A stretch of 64,000 nucleotides of DNA, from assembly GCA_964057225.1 (NCBI GenBank), contig OZ059896.1:12400001-12464000 (forward strand). The letters are read 5' to 3'. The stretch is from Auanema rhodensis (lineage: Eukaryota; Animalia; Nematoda). This document shows, in pieces, positions 1 to 12,246 of the stretch; position 1 is the first letter of the stretch, and each line of letters opens with the position of its first letter. The position numbers were made by a program, and so were the translations under genes. The notes beneath the pieces are model-generated. The model was not told the DNA's origin. It searched no databases and saw nothing but the letters and a program-made list of their open reading frames with translations.

Positions 1-179
1 GATTTGACAGTGAAAAAATGAATACACCGAATGAAACTAAAAGAAACAATAAACAAATGTGAGGTTTTATGCTGCATGATAGTGTAGTATACGGTTATTT
101 TCGAAGACTCAAAGTTTCGGACAAAAACTATAATGAATCTGTGAAACATATATCGACCAAAACAAAACGCAAAAGTTGA

Positions 180-251
180 AGGTTCCGCCGAGATTAAAAT
201 TCGGGTAGGAGGATTCAGAGTCCTGAGTGCTAATCACAACACCACGGAACT
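180..251 (-). tRNA. tRNA-Gln(CUG)-like, probably pseudogene (unit 1)
   Basis: Reverse complement AGTTCCGTGGTGTTGTGATTAGCACTCAGGACTCTGAATCCT...CTCGGCGGAACCT matches the eukaryotic tRNA-Gln layout (72 nt). The T-loop GTTCAAAT has decayed to ATTTTAAT. Confidence 0.85.
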
Positions 252-1073
252 ACTGTAATTTGTTACAAGAGAACTGCCATACATGAGATTCAATTCCTTC
301 TCTCGCGTAAAATAACAGGAAACCAATTACGAACATTATGATTAAGATGAGAATTGAATATTTAACTTTCTCGAAGTTTAAACTCAGCTTATTGCAGTTT
401 TCCAAGTTTGGTGCTGTAGTTGTGCTTAATTGAAAACAATCTTGTTCGTTTTTCATCAACTAAGTGTTAAATTAAAAGTCATCACAAGACCTCGAATATC
501 AAGAAACTGAGTTTTGAGCAGCAAAACTATTGTTAACGACATTGCGTCTTCTCCGCACCTTTTATGCTCGAAATATATATGTTCTTCTACCTTCTTTGTT
601 AGGTGTAGAGAACTTAACACTTTGGTTGCTATTTCGAGACGAACGTTAACAGATAAAAGGATTCACCATCATATCACAAGAAATTATAGTATGAATTCAA
701 CATTAACAAAAAATACAAAAAAAAACAAAAAATTATAAAAATAAAGAATATAATGAAATAAGACACAAATGGTTTGAAAGCAATCGATCTAAGTTAGAAC
801 AAAAAAACGTGTTATATCAGCATCATTTTTTAAGCGTGGCTTGTTTGGCCATCGGTCACTTGAGTATCTCGCACATGTTTAGTATGTGCTCGCCGATTTG
901 ACAGTGGAAAAATAAATAAACCGAATGAAACTAGAAGAAACAATAAACAAATGTAAGCTTTTATGCTGCTTGATGGTGCAGTATATAGTTATTTTCGAAG
1001 ACTCAAAGTTTTGAACAAAAACTATAGTGAATCTGTGAAACATATATCGGCCAAAACAAAACGCAAAAGTTGA

Positions 1074-1145
1074 ATGTTCCGCCGAGATTTAAATTCGAGT
1101 AGGAGGATTTAGAGTCCTGAGTGATAATCACAACACCACGGAACC
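1074..1145 (-). tRNA. tRNA-Gln-like pseudogene with anticodon CUA
   Basis: Anticodon arm reads CAGGA-CTCTAAA-TCCT; T-loop degenerate. Confidence 0.75.
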
Positions 1146-1968
1146 ACTGTAATTTGTCACAAAAAAACTGCCATATATGAGATTCAATCCTCCCTCTTGC
1201 GTAAAATAACAGAAAAACAATTACAAACAATATGATTGAGAGGAGATTTGAATTTTAAACTTTCTCGAAGTTTAAACTCTGCTTAATGCAGTTATCCAAG
1301 TTTGGTGCTGTAGTTGTGCTTAATTTAAAAGAATCTTGTTTGTTTTTCATCAACTAAGTGTGAAATTAAAAGTCATCACATGACCTCGAATATCAAGAAA
1401 CTGAGTTTTGAGCAGCAAAACTATTGTTAACGACATTGCGTCTTCACCGCACTTTTTATGCTCGAAATATAAATGTTCTTCTACCTTCTTTGTTAGGTGT
1501 AGAAAACTTAACACTTTGGTTGCTATTTCGAGACGAACGTTAACAGATAAAAGGATTCACCATCATATCACAAGAAATTATAATATGAATTCAACATTAA
1601 CAAAGAATACAAAAAAAAAACAAAAAATTATAAAAATAAAAAATATAATGAAATAAGACACAAATGGTTTGAAAGCAATCGATCTAAGTTAGAACAAAAA
1701 AACGTGTTATATCAGCATCATTTTTTAAGCGTGGCTTGTTTGGCCATCGGTCACTTGAGTATCTCGCACATGTTTAGTATGTGCTCGCCGATTTGACAGT
1801 GGAAAAATAAATAAACCGAATGAAACTAAAAGAAACAATAAACAAATGTAAGCTTTTATGCTGCTTGATGGTGCAGTATATAGTTATTTTCGAAGACTCG
1901 AAGTTTTGAACAAAAACTATAGTGAATCTGTGAAACATATATCGGCCAAAACAAAACGCAAAAGTTGA

Positions 1969-2040
1969 ATGATCCGCCGAGATTTAAATTCGAGTAGGAG
2001 GATTCAGAGTCCTGAGTGCTAATCACAACACCACGAAACC
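1969..2040 (-). tRNA. tRNA-Gln(CUG)-like pseudogene
   Basis: Same position in unit 3; acceptor stem mismatched. Confidence 0.75.
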
Positions 2041-2863
2041 ACTATAGTTTTTCACAAGAGAACTGCCATATATGAGATTCAATCCTCCCTCTCGCGTAAA
2101 ATAACAGAAAAACAATTACAAACAATATGATTGAGAGAAGATTGGAATTTTTAACTTTCTCGAAGTTTAAACTCTGCTTAATGCAGTTATCCAAGTTTGG
2201 TGCTGTAGTTGTGCTTAATTGAAAAGAATTTTGTTTGTTTTTCATCCACTAAGGCGCAAACTCAAAAGTCATCACATGACCTCGAATATCAAGAAATTGA
2301 GTTTTGAGTAGTAAAACTGTTGTTAACGACATTGCGTCTTTTCCGCACTTTTTATCCTCGAAATATATATGTTTTTCTACCTTCTTTGTTAGGTGTAGAG
2401 AACTTAACACTTTGGTTGCTATTTCGAGACGAACGTTAACAGATAAAAGGATTCACCATCATATCACAAGAAATTACAGTATGAATTCAACATTAACAAA
2501 GAATACAAAAAAAAACAAGAAATTATAAAAATAAAGAATATAATGAAATAAGACACAAATGGTTTGAAAGCAATCAATCTGAGTTAGAACAAAAAAACGT
2601 GTTATATCAGCCTCATTTTTTAAGCGTGGCTTGTTTAGCCATCGGTCACTTGAAAAGCTCGCACATGTTTAGTATGTGCTCGCCGATTTGACAGTGAAAA
2701 AATAAATAAACCGAATGAAATTGAAAGAAACAATGAATAAATATAAGGTTTTATGCTGCTTGATAGTGTAGTATACGGTTATTTTGGAAGACTCAAAGTT
2801 TCGGACAAAAACTATAATGAATCTGTGAAACGTATATCGACCAAAACAAAACGCAAAAGTTGA

Positions 2864-2935
2864 AGGTTCCGCCGAGATTAAAATTCGGGTAGGAGGATTC
2901 AGAGTCCTGAGTGCTAATCACAACACCACGGAACT
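2864..2935 (-). tRNA. tRNA-Gln(CUG)-like pseudogene
   Basis: Same sequence as the unit 1 copy. Confidence 0.8.
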
Positions 2936-3758
2936 ACTGTAATTTGTTACAAGAGAACTGCCATACATGAGATTCAATTCCTTCTCTCGCGTAAAATAAC
3001 AGGAAACCAATTACGAACATTATGATTGAGATGAGAATTGAATATTTAAATTTCTCGAAGTTTAAACTTAGCTTATTGCAGTTTTTCAAGTTTGGTGCTG
3101 TAGTTGTGCTTAATTGAAAACAATCTTGTTTGTTTTTCATCAACTAAGTGTGAAATTAAAAGTCATCACAAGACCTCGAATATCAAGAAACTGAGTTTTG
3201 AGCAGCAAAACTATTGTTAACGACATTGCGTCTTCTCCGCATCTTTTATGCTCGAAATATATATGTTCTTCTACCTTCTTTGTTAGGTGTAGAGAACTTA
3301 ACACTTTGGTTGCTATTTCGAGACGAACGTTAACAGATAAAAGGATTCACCATCATATCACAAGAAATTATAGTATGAATTCAACATTAACAAAAAATAC
3401 AAAAAAAAAACAAAAAATTATAAAAATAAAGAATATAATGAAATAAGACACAAATGGTTTGAAAGCAATCGATCTAAGTTAGAACAAAAAAACGTGTTAT
3501 ATCAGCATCATTTTTTAAGCGTGGCTTGTTTGGCCATCGGTCACTTGAGTATCTCGCACATGTTTAGTATGTGCTCGCCGATTTGACAGTGGAAAAATAA
3601 ATAAACCGAATGAAACTAGAAGAAACAATAAACAAATGTAAGCTTTTATGCTGCTTGATGGTGCAGTATATAGTTATTTTCGAAGACTCAAAGTTTTGAA
3701 CAAAAACTATAGTGAATCTGTGAAACATATATCGGCCAAAACAAAACGCAAAAGTTGA

Positions 3759-3830
3759 ATGTTCCGCCGAGATTTAAATTCGAGTAGGAGGATTCAGAGT
3801 CCTGAGTGATAATCACAACACCACGGAACC
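3759..3830 (-). tRNA. tRNA-Gln(CUG)-like pseudogene
   Basis: Unit 5 copy. Confidence 0.75.
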
Positions 3831-4649
3831 TCTGTAATTTGTCACAAAAAAACTGCCATATATGAGATTCAATCCTCCCTCTCGCGTAAAATAACAGAAA
3901 AACAATTACAAACAATATGATTGAGAGGAGATTTGAATTTTAAACTTTCTCGAAGTTTAAACTCTGCTTAATGCAGTTATCCAAGTTTGGTGCTGTAGTT
4001 GTGCTTAATTGAAAAGAATCTTGTTTGTTTTTCATCAACTAAGGAGCAAACTTAAAAGTCATCACATGACCTCGATTATCAAGAAATTGAGTTTTGAGTA
4101 GCAAAACTATTGTTAACGACATTGCGTCTTTTCCGCACTTTTTATCCTCGAAATATATATGTTCTTCTACCTTCTTTGTTAGGTGTAGAGAACTTAACAC
4201 TTTGGTTGCTATTTCGAGACGAACGTTAACAGATAAAAGGATTCACCATCATATCACAAGAAATTATAATATGAATTCAACATTAACAAAGAATACAGAA
4301 AAAACAAGAAATTATAAAAATAAAGAATATAATGAAATAAGACACAAATGGTTTGAAAGCAATCAATCTGAGTTAGAACAAAAAAACGTGTTATATCAGC
4401 CTCATTTTTTAAGCGTGGCTTGTTTAGCCATCGGTCACTTGAAAAGCTCGCACATGTTTAGTATGTGCTCGCCGATTTGACAGTGAAAAAATAAATAAAT
4501 TTAAAATTAAAAGAAACAATGAACAAATATAAGGTTTTCTTCTGCTTGCTAGTGTAGTAAATATTCATTTTCGAAAACTCAAAGTTCCAGACAAGAACTA
4601 AAAAGAATTTGTGAAACATAAATCGGCCAAAACAAAATGCAAAAGTTGA

Positions 4650-4721
4650 ATGATCCGCCGAGATTTAAATTCGAGTAGGAGGATTTAGAGTCCTGAGTGC
4701 TAATTACAACACCACGAAACC
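4650..4721 (-). tRNA. tRNA-Gln-like pseudogene with anticodon CUA
   Basis: Plus-strand ggatttagagtcc gives the loop CT-CTA-AA. Confidence 0.72.
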
Positions 4722-5540
4722 ACTATAGTTTGTCACAAGAGAACTGCCATATATGAGATTCAATCCTCCCTCTCGCGTAAAATAACAGAAAAACAATTAC
4801 AAACAATATGATTGAGAGAAGATTGGAAAATTTAACTTTCTCGAAGTTTAAACTCTGCTTAATGCAGTTATCCAAGTTTGGTGCTGTAGTTGTGCTTAAT
4901 TGAAAAGAATCTTGTTTGTTTTTCATCCACTAAGGCGCAAACTTAAAAGTCATCACATGACCTCGAATATCAAGAAATTGAGTTTTGAGTAGTAAAACTG
5001 TTGTTAACGACATTGCGTCTTTTCCGCACTTTTTATCCTCGAAATATATATGTTCTTCTACCTTCTTTGTTAGGTGTAGAGAACTTAACACTTTGGTTCC
5101 TATTTCGAGACGAACGTTAACAGATAAAAGGATTCACCATCATATCACAAGAAATTACAGTATGAATTCAACATTAACAAAGAATACAAAAAAAACAAGA
5201 AATTATAAAAATAAAGAATATAATGAAATAAGACACAAATGGTTTGAAAGCAATCGATCTGAGTTAGAACAAAAAAACGTGTTATATCAGCCTCATTTTA
5301 TAAGCGTGGGTCGTTTAGCCATCGGTCACTTGAAAAGCTCGCACATGTTTAGTATGTGCTCGCCGATTTGACAGTGAAAAAATAAATAAATTTAAAATTA
5401 AAGAAAACAATGAACAAATATAAGGTTTTCTTCTGCTTGCTAGTGTAGTAAATATTCATTTTCAAAAACTCAAAGTTCCAGACAAGAACTAAAAAGAATT
5501 TGTGAAACATAAATCGGCCAAAACAAAATGCAAAAGTTGA

Positions 5541-5612
5541 ATGATCCGCCGAGATTTAAATTCGAGTAGGAGGATTCAGAGTCCTGAGTGCTAATCACAA
5601 CACCACGAAACC
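5541..5612 (-). tRNA. tRNA-Gln(CUG)-like pseudogene
   Basis: Unit 7 copy. Confidence 0.75.
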
Positions 5613-6431
5613 ACTATAGCTTGTCACAAGAGAACTGCCATATATGAGATTCAATCCTCCCTCTCGCGTAAAATAACAGAAAAACAATTACAAACAATAT
5701 GATTGAGAGAAGATTGGAATTTTTAACTTTCTCGAAGTTTAAACTCTGCTTAATGCAGTTATCCAAGTTTGGTGCTGTAGTTGTGCTTAATTGAAAAGAA
5801 TCTTGTTTGTTTTTCATCAACTAAGGAGCAAACTTAAGAGTCATCACATGACCTCGAATATCAAGAAATTGAGTTTTGAGTAGTAAAACTATTGTTAACG
5901 ACATTGCGTCTTTTCCGCACTTTTTATCCTCGAAATATATATGTTCTTCTACCTTCTTTGTTAGGTGTAGAGAACTTAACACTTTGGTTCCTATTTCGAG
6001 ACGAACGTTAACAGATAAAAGGATTCACCATCATATCAGAAGAAAATACAGTATGAATTCAACATTAACAAAGAATACGAAAAAAACAAGAAATTATAAA
6101 AATAAAGAATATAATGAAATAAGACACAAATGGTTTGAAAGCAATCGATCTGAGTTAGAACAAAAAAACGTGTTATATCAGCCTCATTTTATAAGCGTGG
6201 GTCGTTTAGCCATCGGTCACTTGAAAAGCTCGCACATGTTTAGTATGTGCTCGCCGATTTGACAGTGAAAAAATAAATAAATTTAAAATTAAAGAAAACA
6301 ATGAACAAATATAAGGTTTTCTTCTGCTTGCTAGTGTAGTAAATATTCATTTTCAAAAACTCAAAGTTCCAGACAAGAACTAAAAAGAATTTGTGAAACA
6401 TAAATCGGCCAAAACAAAATGCAAAAGTTGA

Positions 6432-6503
6432 ATGATCCGCCGAGATTTAAATTCGAGTAGGAGGATTCAGAGTCCTGAGTGCTAATCACAACACCACGAA
6501 ACC
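6432..6503 (-). tRNA. tRNA-Gln(CUG)-like pseudogene
   Basis: Unit 8 copy. Confidence 0.75.
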
Positions 6504-7322
6504 ACTATAGCTTGTCACAAGAGAACTGCCATATATGAGATTCAATCCTCCCTCTCGCGTAAAATAACAGAAAAACAATTACAAACAATATGATTGAGAG
6601 AAGATTGGAATTTTTAACTTTCTCGAAGTTTAAACTCTGCTTAATGCAGTTATCCAAGTTTGGTGCTGTAGTTGTGCTTAATTGAAAAGAATCTTGTTTG
6701 TTTTTCATCAACTAAGGAGCAAACTTAAGAGTCATCACATGACCTCGAATATCAAGAAATTGAGTTTTGAGTAGTAAAACTATTGTTAACGACATTGCGT
6801 CTTTTCCGCACTTTTTATCCTCGAAATATATATGTTCTTCTACCTTCTTTGTTAGGTGTAGAGAACTTAACACTTTGGTTCCTATTTCGAGACGAACGTT
6901 AACAGATAAAAGGATTCACCATCATATCAGAAGAAAATACAGTATGAATTCAACATTAACAAAGAATACGAAAAAAACAAGAAATTATAAAAATAAAGAA
7001 TATAATGAAATAAGACACAAATGGTTTGAAAGCAATCGATCTGAGTTAGAACAAAAAAACGTGTTATATCAGCCTCATTTTATAAGCGTGGGTCGTTTAG
7101 CCATCGGTCACTTGAAAAGCTCGCACATGTTTAGTATGTGCTCGCCGATTTGACAGTGAAAAAATAAATAAATTTAAAATTAAAAGAAACAATGAACAAA
7201 TATAAGGTTTTCTTCTGCTTGCTAGTGTAGTAAATATTCATTTTCAAAAACTCAAAGTTCCAGACAAGAACTAAAAAGAATTTGTGAAACATAAATCGAC
7301 CAAAACAAAACGCAAAAGTTGA

Positions 7323-7394
7323 ATGATCCGCCGAGATTTGAATTCGAGTAGGAGGATTCAGAGTCCTGAGTGCTAATCACAACACCACGAAACC
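7323..7394 (-). tRNA. tRNA-Gln(CUG)-like pseudogene retaining the TTCAAAT T-loop
   Basis: Unit 9 copy, plus strand ccgagatttgaattcg. Confidence 0.75.
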
Positions 7395-8936
7395 ACTATA
7401 GCTTGTCACAAGAGAACTGCCATATATGAGATTCAATCCTCCCTCTCGCGTAAAATAACAGAAAAACAATTACAAACAATATGATTGAGAGAAGATTGGA
7501 ATTTTTAACTTTCTCGAAGTTTAAACTCTGCTTAATGCAGTTATCCAAGTTTGGTGCTGTAGTTGTGCTTAATTGAAAAGAATCTTGTTCGTTTTTCATC
7601 AACTAAGGAGCAAACTTAAGAGTCATCACATGACCTCGAATATCAAGAAATTGAGTTTTGAGTAGTAAAACTATTGTTAACGACATTGCGTCTTCTCCGC
7701 ACCTTTTATGCTCGAAATATATATGTTCTTCTACCTTCTTTGTTAGGTGTAGAGAACTTAACACTTTGGTTCCTATTTCGAGACGAACGTTAACAGATAA
7801 AAGGATTCACCATTATATCACAAGAAATTACAGTATGAATTCAACATTAACAAAGAATACAAAAAAAAACAAGAAATTATAAAAATTAAGAATATAATTA
7901 AATAAGACACAAATGGTTTGAAAGCAATCGATCTGAGTTAGAACAAAAAAACGTGTTATATCAGCCTCATTTTATAAGCGTGGGTCGTTTAGCCATCGGT
8001 CACTTGAAAAGCTCGCACATGTTTAGTATGTGCTCGCCGATTTGACAGTGAAAAAAAAAAAATTTAAAATTAAAAGAAACAATGAACAAATATAAGGTTT
8101 TCTTCTGCTTGCTAGTGTAGTAAATATTCATTTTCGAAGACTCAAAGTTCCAGACAAGAACTAAAAAGAATTTGTGAAACATAAATCGGCCAAAACAATA
8201 TGCAAAAGTTCAAGAACAAAATGATTGAGAGGAGATTCGAAATTTTAACTTTCTCGAAGTTTGAACTCAGCTGATTGTAGTTATCCAAGTTTGGTGCTGT
8301 AGTTGTGGTCAATTGAAAAGAATCTTGTTCGATTTTCATCAACTAAGTGCAAAACTAGAATTCATCATATGACCTCGGATATTAAGAAACAGAGTTTTGG
8401 GCAGTGAAACTGATGTTAACGAGATAACGACTTTTCCGCACTTTTTTTGCTCTAAATATATATGTTCTTCTACTTTCTTTTTTAAGTGGGTACAACTGAA
8501 TACTCTTCTTGCTATTTCGCAAAAAACGTTGACAAATTAAACGATTAATAACAATCTGATCACAAGAAATTACAGTTTGAATCATACATTAATGAAAATT
8601 TAGAAAAATCAAAATAGAGAATATAATGAGATAAGACAGAAATGTCTCTAAAGCAATCAATCTGGGTAGGAGTGAAAAACGTGTTATGTCAGCCTCATTT
8701 TCTAAGCGTGGCTCGTTTGGGCATCGGTCACTCGAATAGCTCGCACATGTGCAGCATGTGCTTGTTGATTTGACAGTGAAAAAATAAATATACCGAAAAA
8801 AAATTAAAAGAAACAATGAACTAGTATAAGGTTTTCTTCTGCTTGCTAGTGTAGTAAATATTCATTTTCGAAGACTCGAAGTTCCAGACAAAAACTAAAG
8901 TGAATTTGTGAAACATATATCAGCCAAAACAAAATG

Positions 8937-9486
8937 TGTTGTTTTCCGGGTCTTCTCTTGTTACTGGAGATCGGAGAACAGGCATTGTTGGTTCAGTGGT
9001 AGATTTATAATTCATTAGACCGAGTAGAAATAAAAAAGTTTATTCAGCCAAGGATAAATTAAAATACAAGAATGATAGGAATAGGAGGAAGGCAGCACGA
9101 CTGGTTGATAATTTAACACTTGAAGAAACGGGAAATTTGATCGGCTTATATACTAACCAGAGGAGGCAAGATACTATGGAGCGGAAGGAGGTAAAAGGAA
9201 GCAGAGAGATGTTTGGGGGGCGGGTTCAGATTATGAATACCCGAGATGTTGTGAGTGGGAAGGTTAAAGCTGGAGGAGGATGATTCATGCCTTATCCTGG
9301 GCGACATCTTCCCAGAAAACGTGGGATGGCCAAAGGCGCTTAAGTCATCACCGTTTTAGCTCCCGATTGCAACTTACGCGAATATTGATTTGAGCTTGGA
9401 TAAAGGAACAATAAAGAGAAATAATAACTAAACATGGCTGTAAAGTTAATAAGGAAGGACAGAGCGAAGAAGAGTGCGTTCGCACA
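8937..9486 (-). repeat. 3' LTR of the BEL element (~550 bp)
   Basis: Minus strand starts TGTGCG and ends ...AACAACA. It is preceded by the purine-rich tract GGGGGCCGGAG (9487-9497). The satellite resumes exactly at its end. Confidence 0.8.
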
Positions 9487-9503
9487 CTCCGGCCCCCAGA
9501 AGC

Positions 9504-11370
9504 TTAGAATAAATCCTGGTAGCTGATTGCATTGTCCTTTGATGGTGGTGGCTGATCCGTGGCTGTTCTTTTCTGTCGTGTCCTTAACGGTGGGGTCTGA
9601 GTGTCTTTTGTGACCGTTAGAGGCTTTGTGACCAGTTGTTTAAGAAGGTCCTTAATCTGTCTCAGCTCGTTCAAAATGTCCGTGCTGTTGTCCTCGTTTC
9701 TTGCTCTCATCATTGTACGGGTAAGTGCTGTTAGGTCCTCACCGATATTACGAGTTGTGAGGTCGATTGTTTTCAACTATGGCATCGCCTTAACGACAAC
9801 GATGGTGCTCTTATTGTGTGGAGCAGCCTCGGCTTTCTGCTGGGTTTTCGTGAGCTCGTAAGGCATATTTTTCAGGCTTATTGTAGACAGGTGGTCCTTC
9901 TGGATGTTGCGAATAAGATCCGTTAGCCGTCGTTCATTTCCAAATATTTTAAGACGGTCCTTTTCCCTGTTAAAGACGTATGAAGTCTTCGCGGTGGATA
10001 AGAAGTTTTTGAGCTTGATATACGCTATCAAGGTGTTAGCGGCAACATCGGTGATCTTTCCAGCTGGGGTGTCCTTACATTCTTCAAGGCTGAAGAGTAG
10101 TTTGAGAGTAGTGTCCATAGTTCGAGTAAGCTCCTTGAGGCATTCGACTCTTTTTTCGAGTGGCAGCCGAATATATCTTTGGCATCTTTGATCGGAGCGA
10201 TCAATTACGCCTTGAATATTAGAACAATTAGCTGTAGAAATAGACATTGTAGCTAATAAGAATACCAAGAGGATGTGAGTCTTTCTTCGATGGAGAAGGA
10301 AGAGCTGGCGGGCGAGGAAGATGAATAGAGCGATGGGAGACCACATGATGAGAAAAAGGAGGCGGAACATTATGCGTGTTATGCTGAACGCCCATCTTGC
10401 GCCGTATTCACAGAAGATCTGATGAGAGATGGCTAGCGCTATTAATATAAAGAGTAGGCATATTAGTAGCTCTTTGTACCATTCTATGTAAATGTCGTAG
10501 AAGTGTGAAAGGTCCGGCCAGGGAAATGTAATTGCTGATTCGTGAAGTGAGGAGTGGTTGCCTTCAATGTAATGTCTTTGAAGGTCCTGAATATTACTGA
10601 TATAGTATAATATTCCTGTTAGCGAGAAGTTCTGTGTGTCATGTCCGCATGAGTATGCACATTCAATCCGGGGTGTGACCGAGCTAATCGGCAGACGAAT
10701 GTTGTAAGCTGTCCCTTTTGGGCTGCATTTCAGCATGAATGCTGAGTCTCCACAGTTTGTAGCTGCTAAAGTTTTTGTTGTTGACGTGCAGATAATATTT
10801 GCTTGTGCCCTGCTTTGACAGTTATAACAACCTCTGACCATAGAGTCATTGATATGGCAAGTAGAGTCTTCATGGGAAGATGTTGTGTTGAAGATGCCGT
10901 CTACTGAGGCGTGAATTTCTGCCACCATGTTGCGGTAAACGTTGATTTCAATACTCCTTCGTGATGGTTCTATTGAGCAGGTTGGTGTGAAGATGGGTAA
11001 CGTTGTTTGAACACTGCCGAAGGTTGACTGAATATTTTGGTTTCTACAGTGGCAATTTGCTATATCTTCTGCTGGTGTACATTCGCAGTGTGGATTTGCG
11101 TTACAATCCATATTCTTAGCCTTTTCGCGAGAAGTGCATGTCAGCGTTGGCTGCAAATCCATATGGCAACCTTTGTCAGATTTCTGACGAAGTGTCCTTG
11201 CATTGATGGTATGACAGGAGGTGTTAGGCTGATTACGGAAAATTTGAACGGATGTAGATTGGTTGGAATATCAGAATGCAGAGTGATTATGTGTGAAGTT
11301 GTAGAAGATCCGTTTCGATATGTGATTCGTAATTGAGTTGAAGGTATCCATTCGTTGCAAGAGAACACCT
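9504..11370 (-). pseudogene. env: Phlebovirus Gc (G2)-like class II envelope, C-terminal part, with post-TM extension
   Basis: Cys-rich CECTPAE-x-ANCHC and GCYNC motifs, then TM helices (LLICLLFILIALAI). Frameshift near 11150. In-frame TAG at 9777-9779 separates the final 90 codons. Confidence 0.8.
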
Positions 11371-12043
11371 CATAGATTGATTTGTCTATTCACAGACAAA
11401 CTACAAAAATTCAGAAAAAATATATTTTGAATGTTAAAAAACGATAATGAATTTAGAAAAAGTTTAAAACATTTTAAAAATCATGTTTAAAAGTATTTTC
11501 TGAATTCTCCGAAATTTTCATAAACTGCTTGAAGTCTTCTTTCTTGAATTTCAGAAGTTTCATCAAGATTTCAGAAATAATTTTTTGATAGAATGTTATG
11601 AGTACACTAAATGTCAATTTTTCTTTTAAACGGGAGAATTTGGTTATACGTCAACCAAGTTCTCTTCATAGATATTCAGTAAGTTTCAGATGCTGAAGCT
11701 TACTCGTTTGAAGCTATGCCATAGGAAAAACTTGGTTATTGATCGAGTTTTGTGCTTAGAATCATTTTAAAGATATTTCTAATGAATTAACTTCTTTCCT
11801 AATCTCAAAATCTGTTATATTAAGATGAATTATTCAAAATAGTCAAAAAACACTATTTTTCCTTATAAATTTAGAAAATAATATTGAAATCAGTTTTAGT
11901 TATATTAACATATATTTTTACTGACTATATACTATATGAACTCGCAAAATTTTTGAAATTAAAAAAAAAATTTTTTTTGTAGTTTGAAGGGGAATTCTGG
12001 GGCCTCTAACATAGGGGTGTGCAACCTTCATCGCACAGGACTG

Positions 12044-12246
12044 TACATACATTTGAAAAAAACAAATTTAAAATTTGATTTGAAAAAAAATCATGCTTTA
12101 AATCATGATTTTTAAATTTAAAAGAGGACAGCTTTTTGACAGCTGACGCGCCCCAAAAGTATATTTTTAGCAGCTGACGCCCCCAAAAGTATGTTTTTGA
12201 CAGCTGTTTGGGGGCGTGGTTAGTAAATTTTGCACGGCTCTCTACT
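12044..12246. repeat. Isolated Maverick terminus (TIR end ...GGCTCTCTACT)
   Basis: Near-identical to 37650-37848. Contains ~32-bp CAGCTG subrepeats and a CT-3' end, and abuts BEL pol sequence (flank AACGAC). Confidence 0.85.

Larger units (their letters stand above)
1..8936. repeat. Tandem satellite, ~891-896 bp unit, about 10 units, each carrying a tRNA-Gln-derived sequence
   Basis: Equivalent ORF starts recur at 514, 1408, 2304, 3198, 4094, 4985, 5876, 6767 and 7658. The unit at ~8040-8770 is diverged and has lost its tRNA. The array ends at the BEL LTR. Confidence 0.97.

Noticed and set aside
250-8816. Repeated short ORFs (MSSKT..., MMKN...) as a tandem gene family
   Set aside because: They mostly start at TTG, their lengths change with poly-A slippage, they have no recognisable domain, and some overlap the tRNA-like sequence. 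They are by-products of the satellite.
11371-12043. Possible DNA transposon or MITE between BEL env and the Maverick tip (TAGGGGTGTGC near 12012)
   Set aside because: No paired TIR, TSD or coding remnant could be found.
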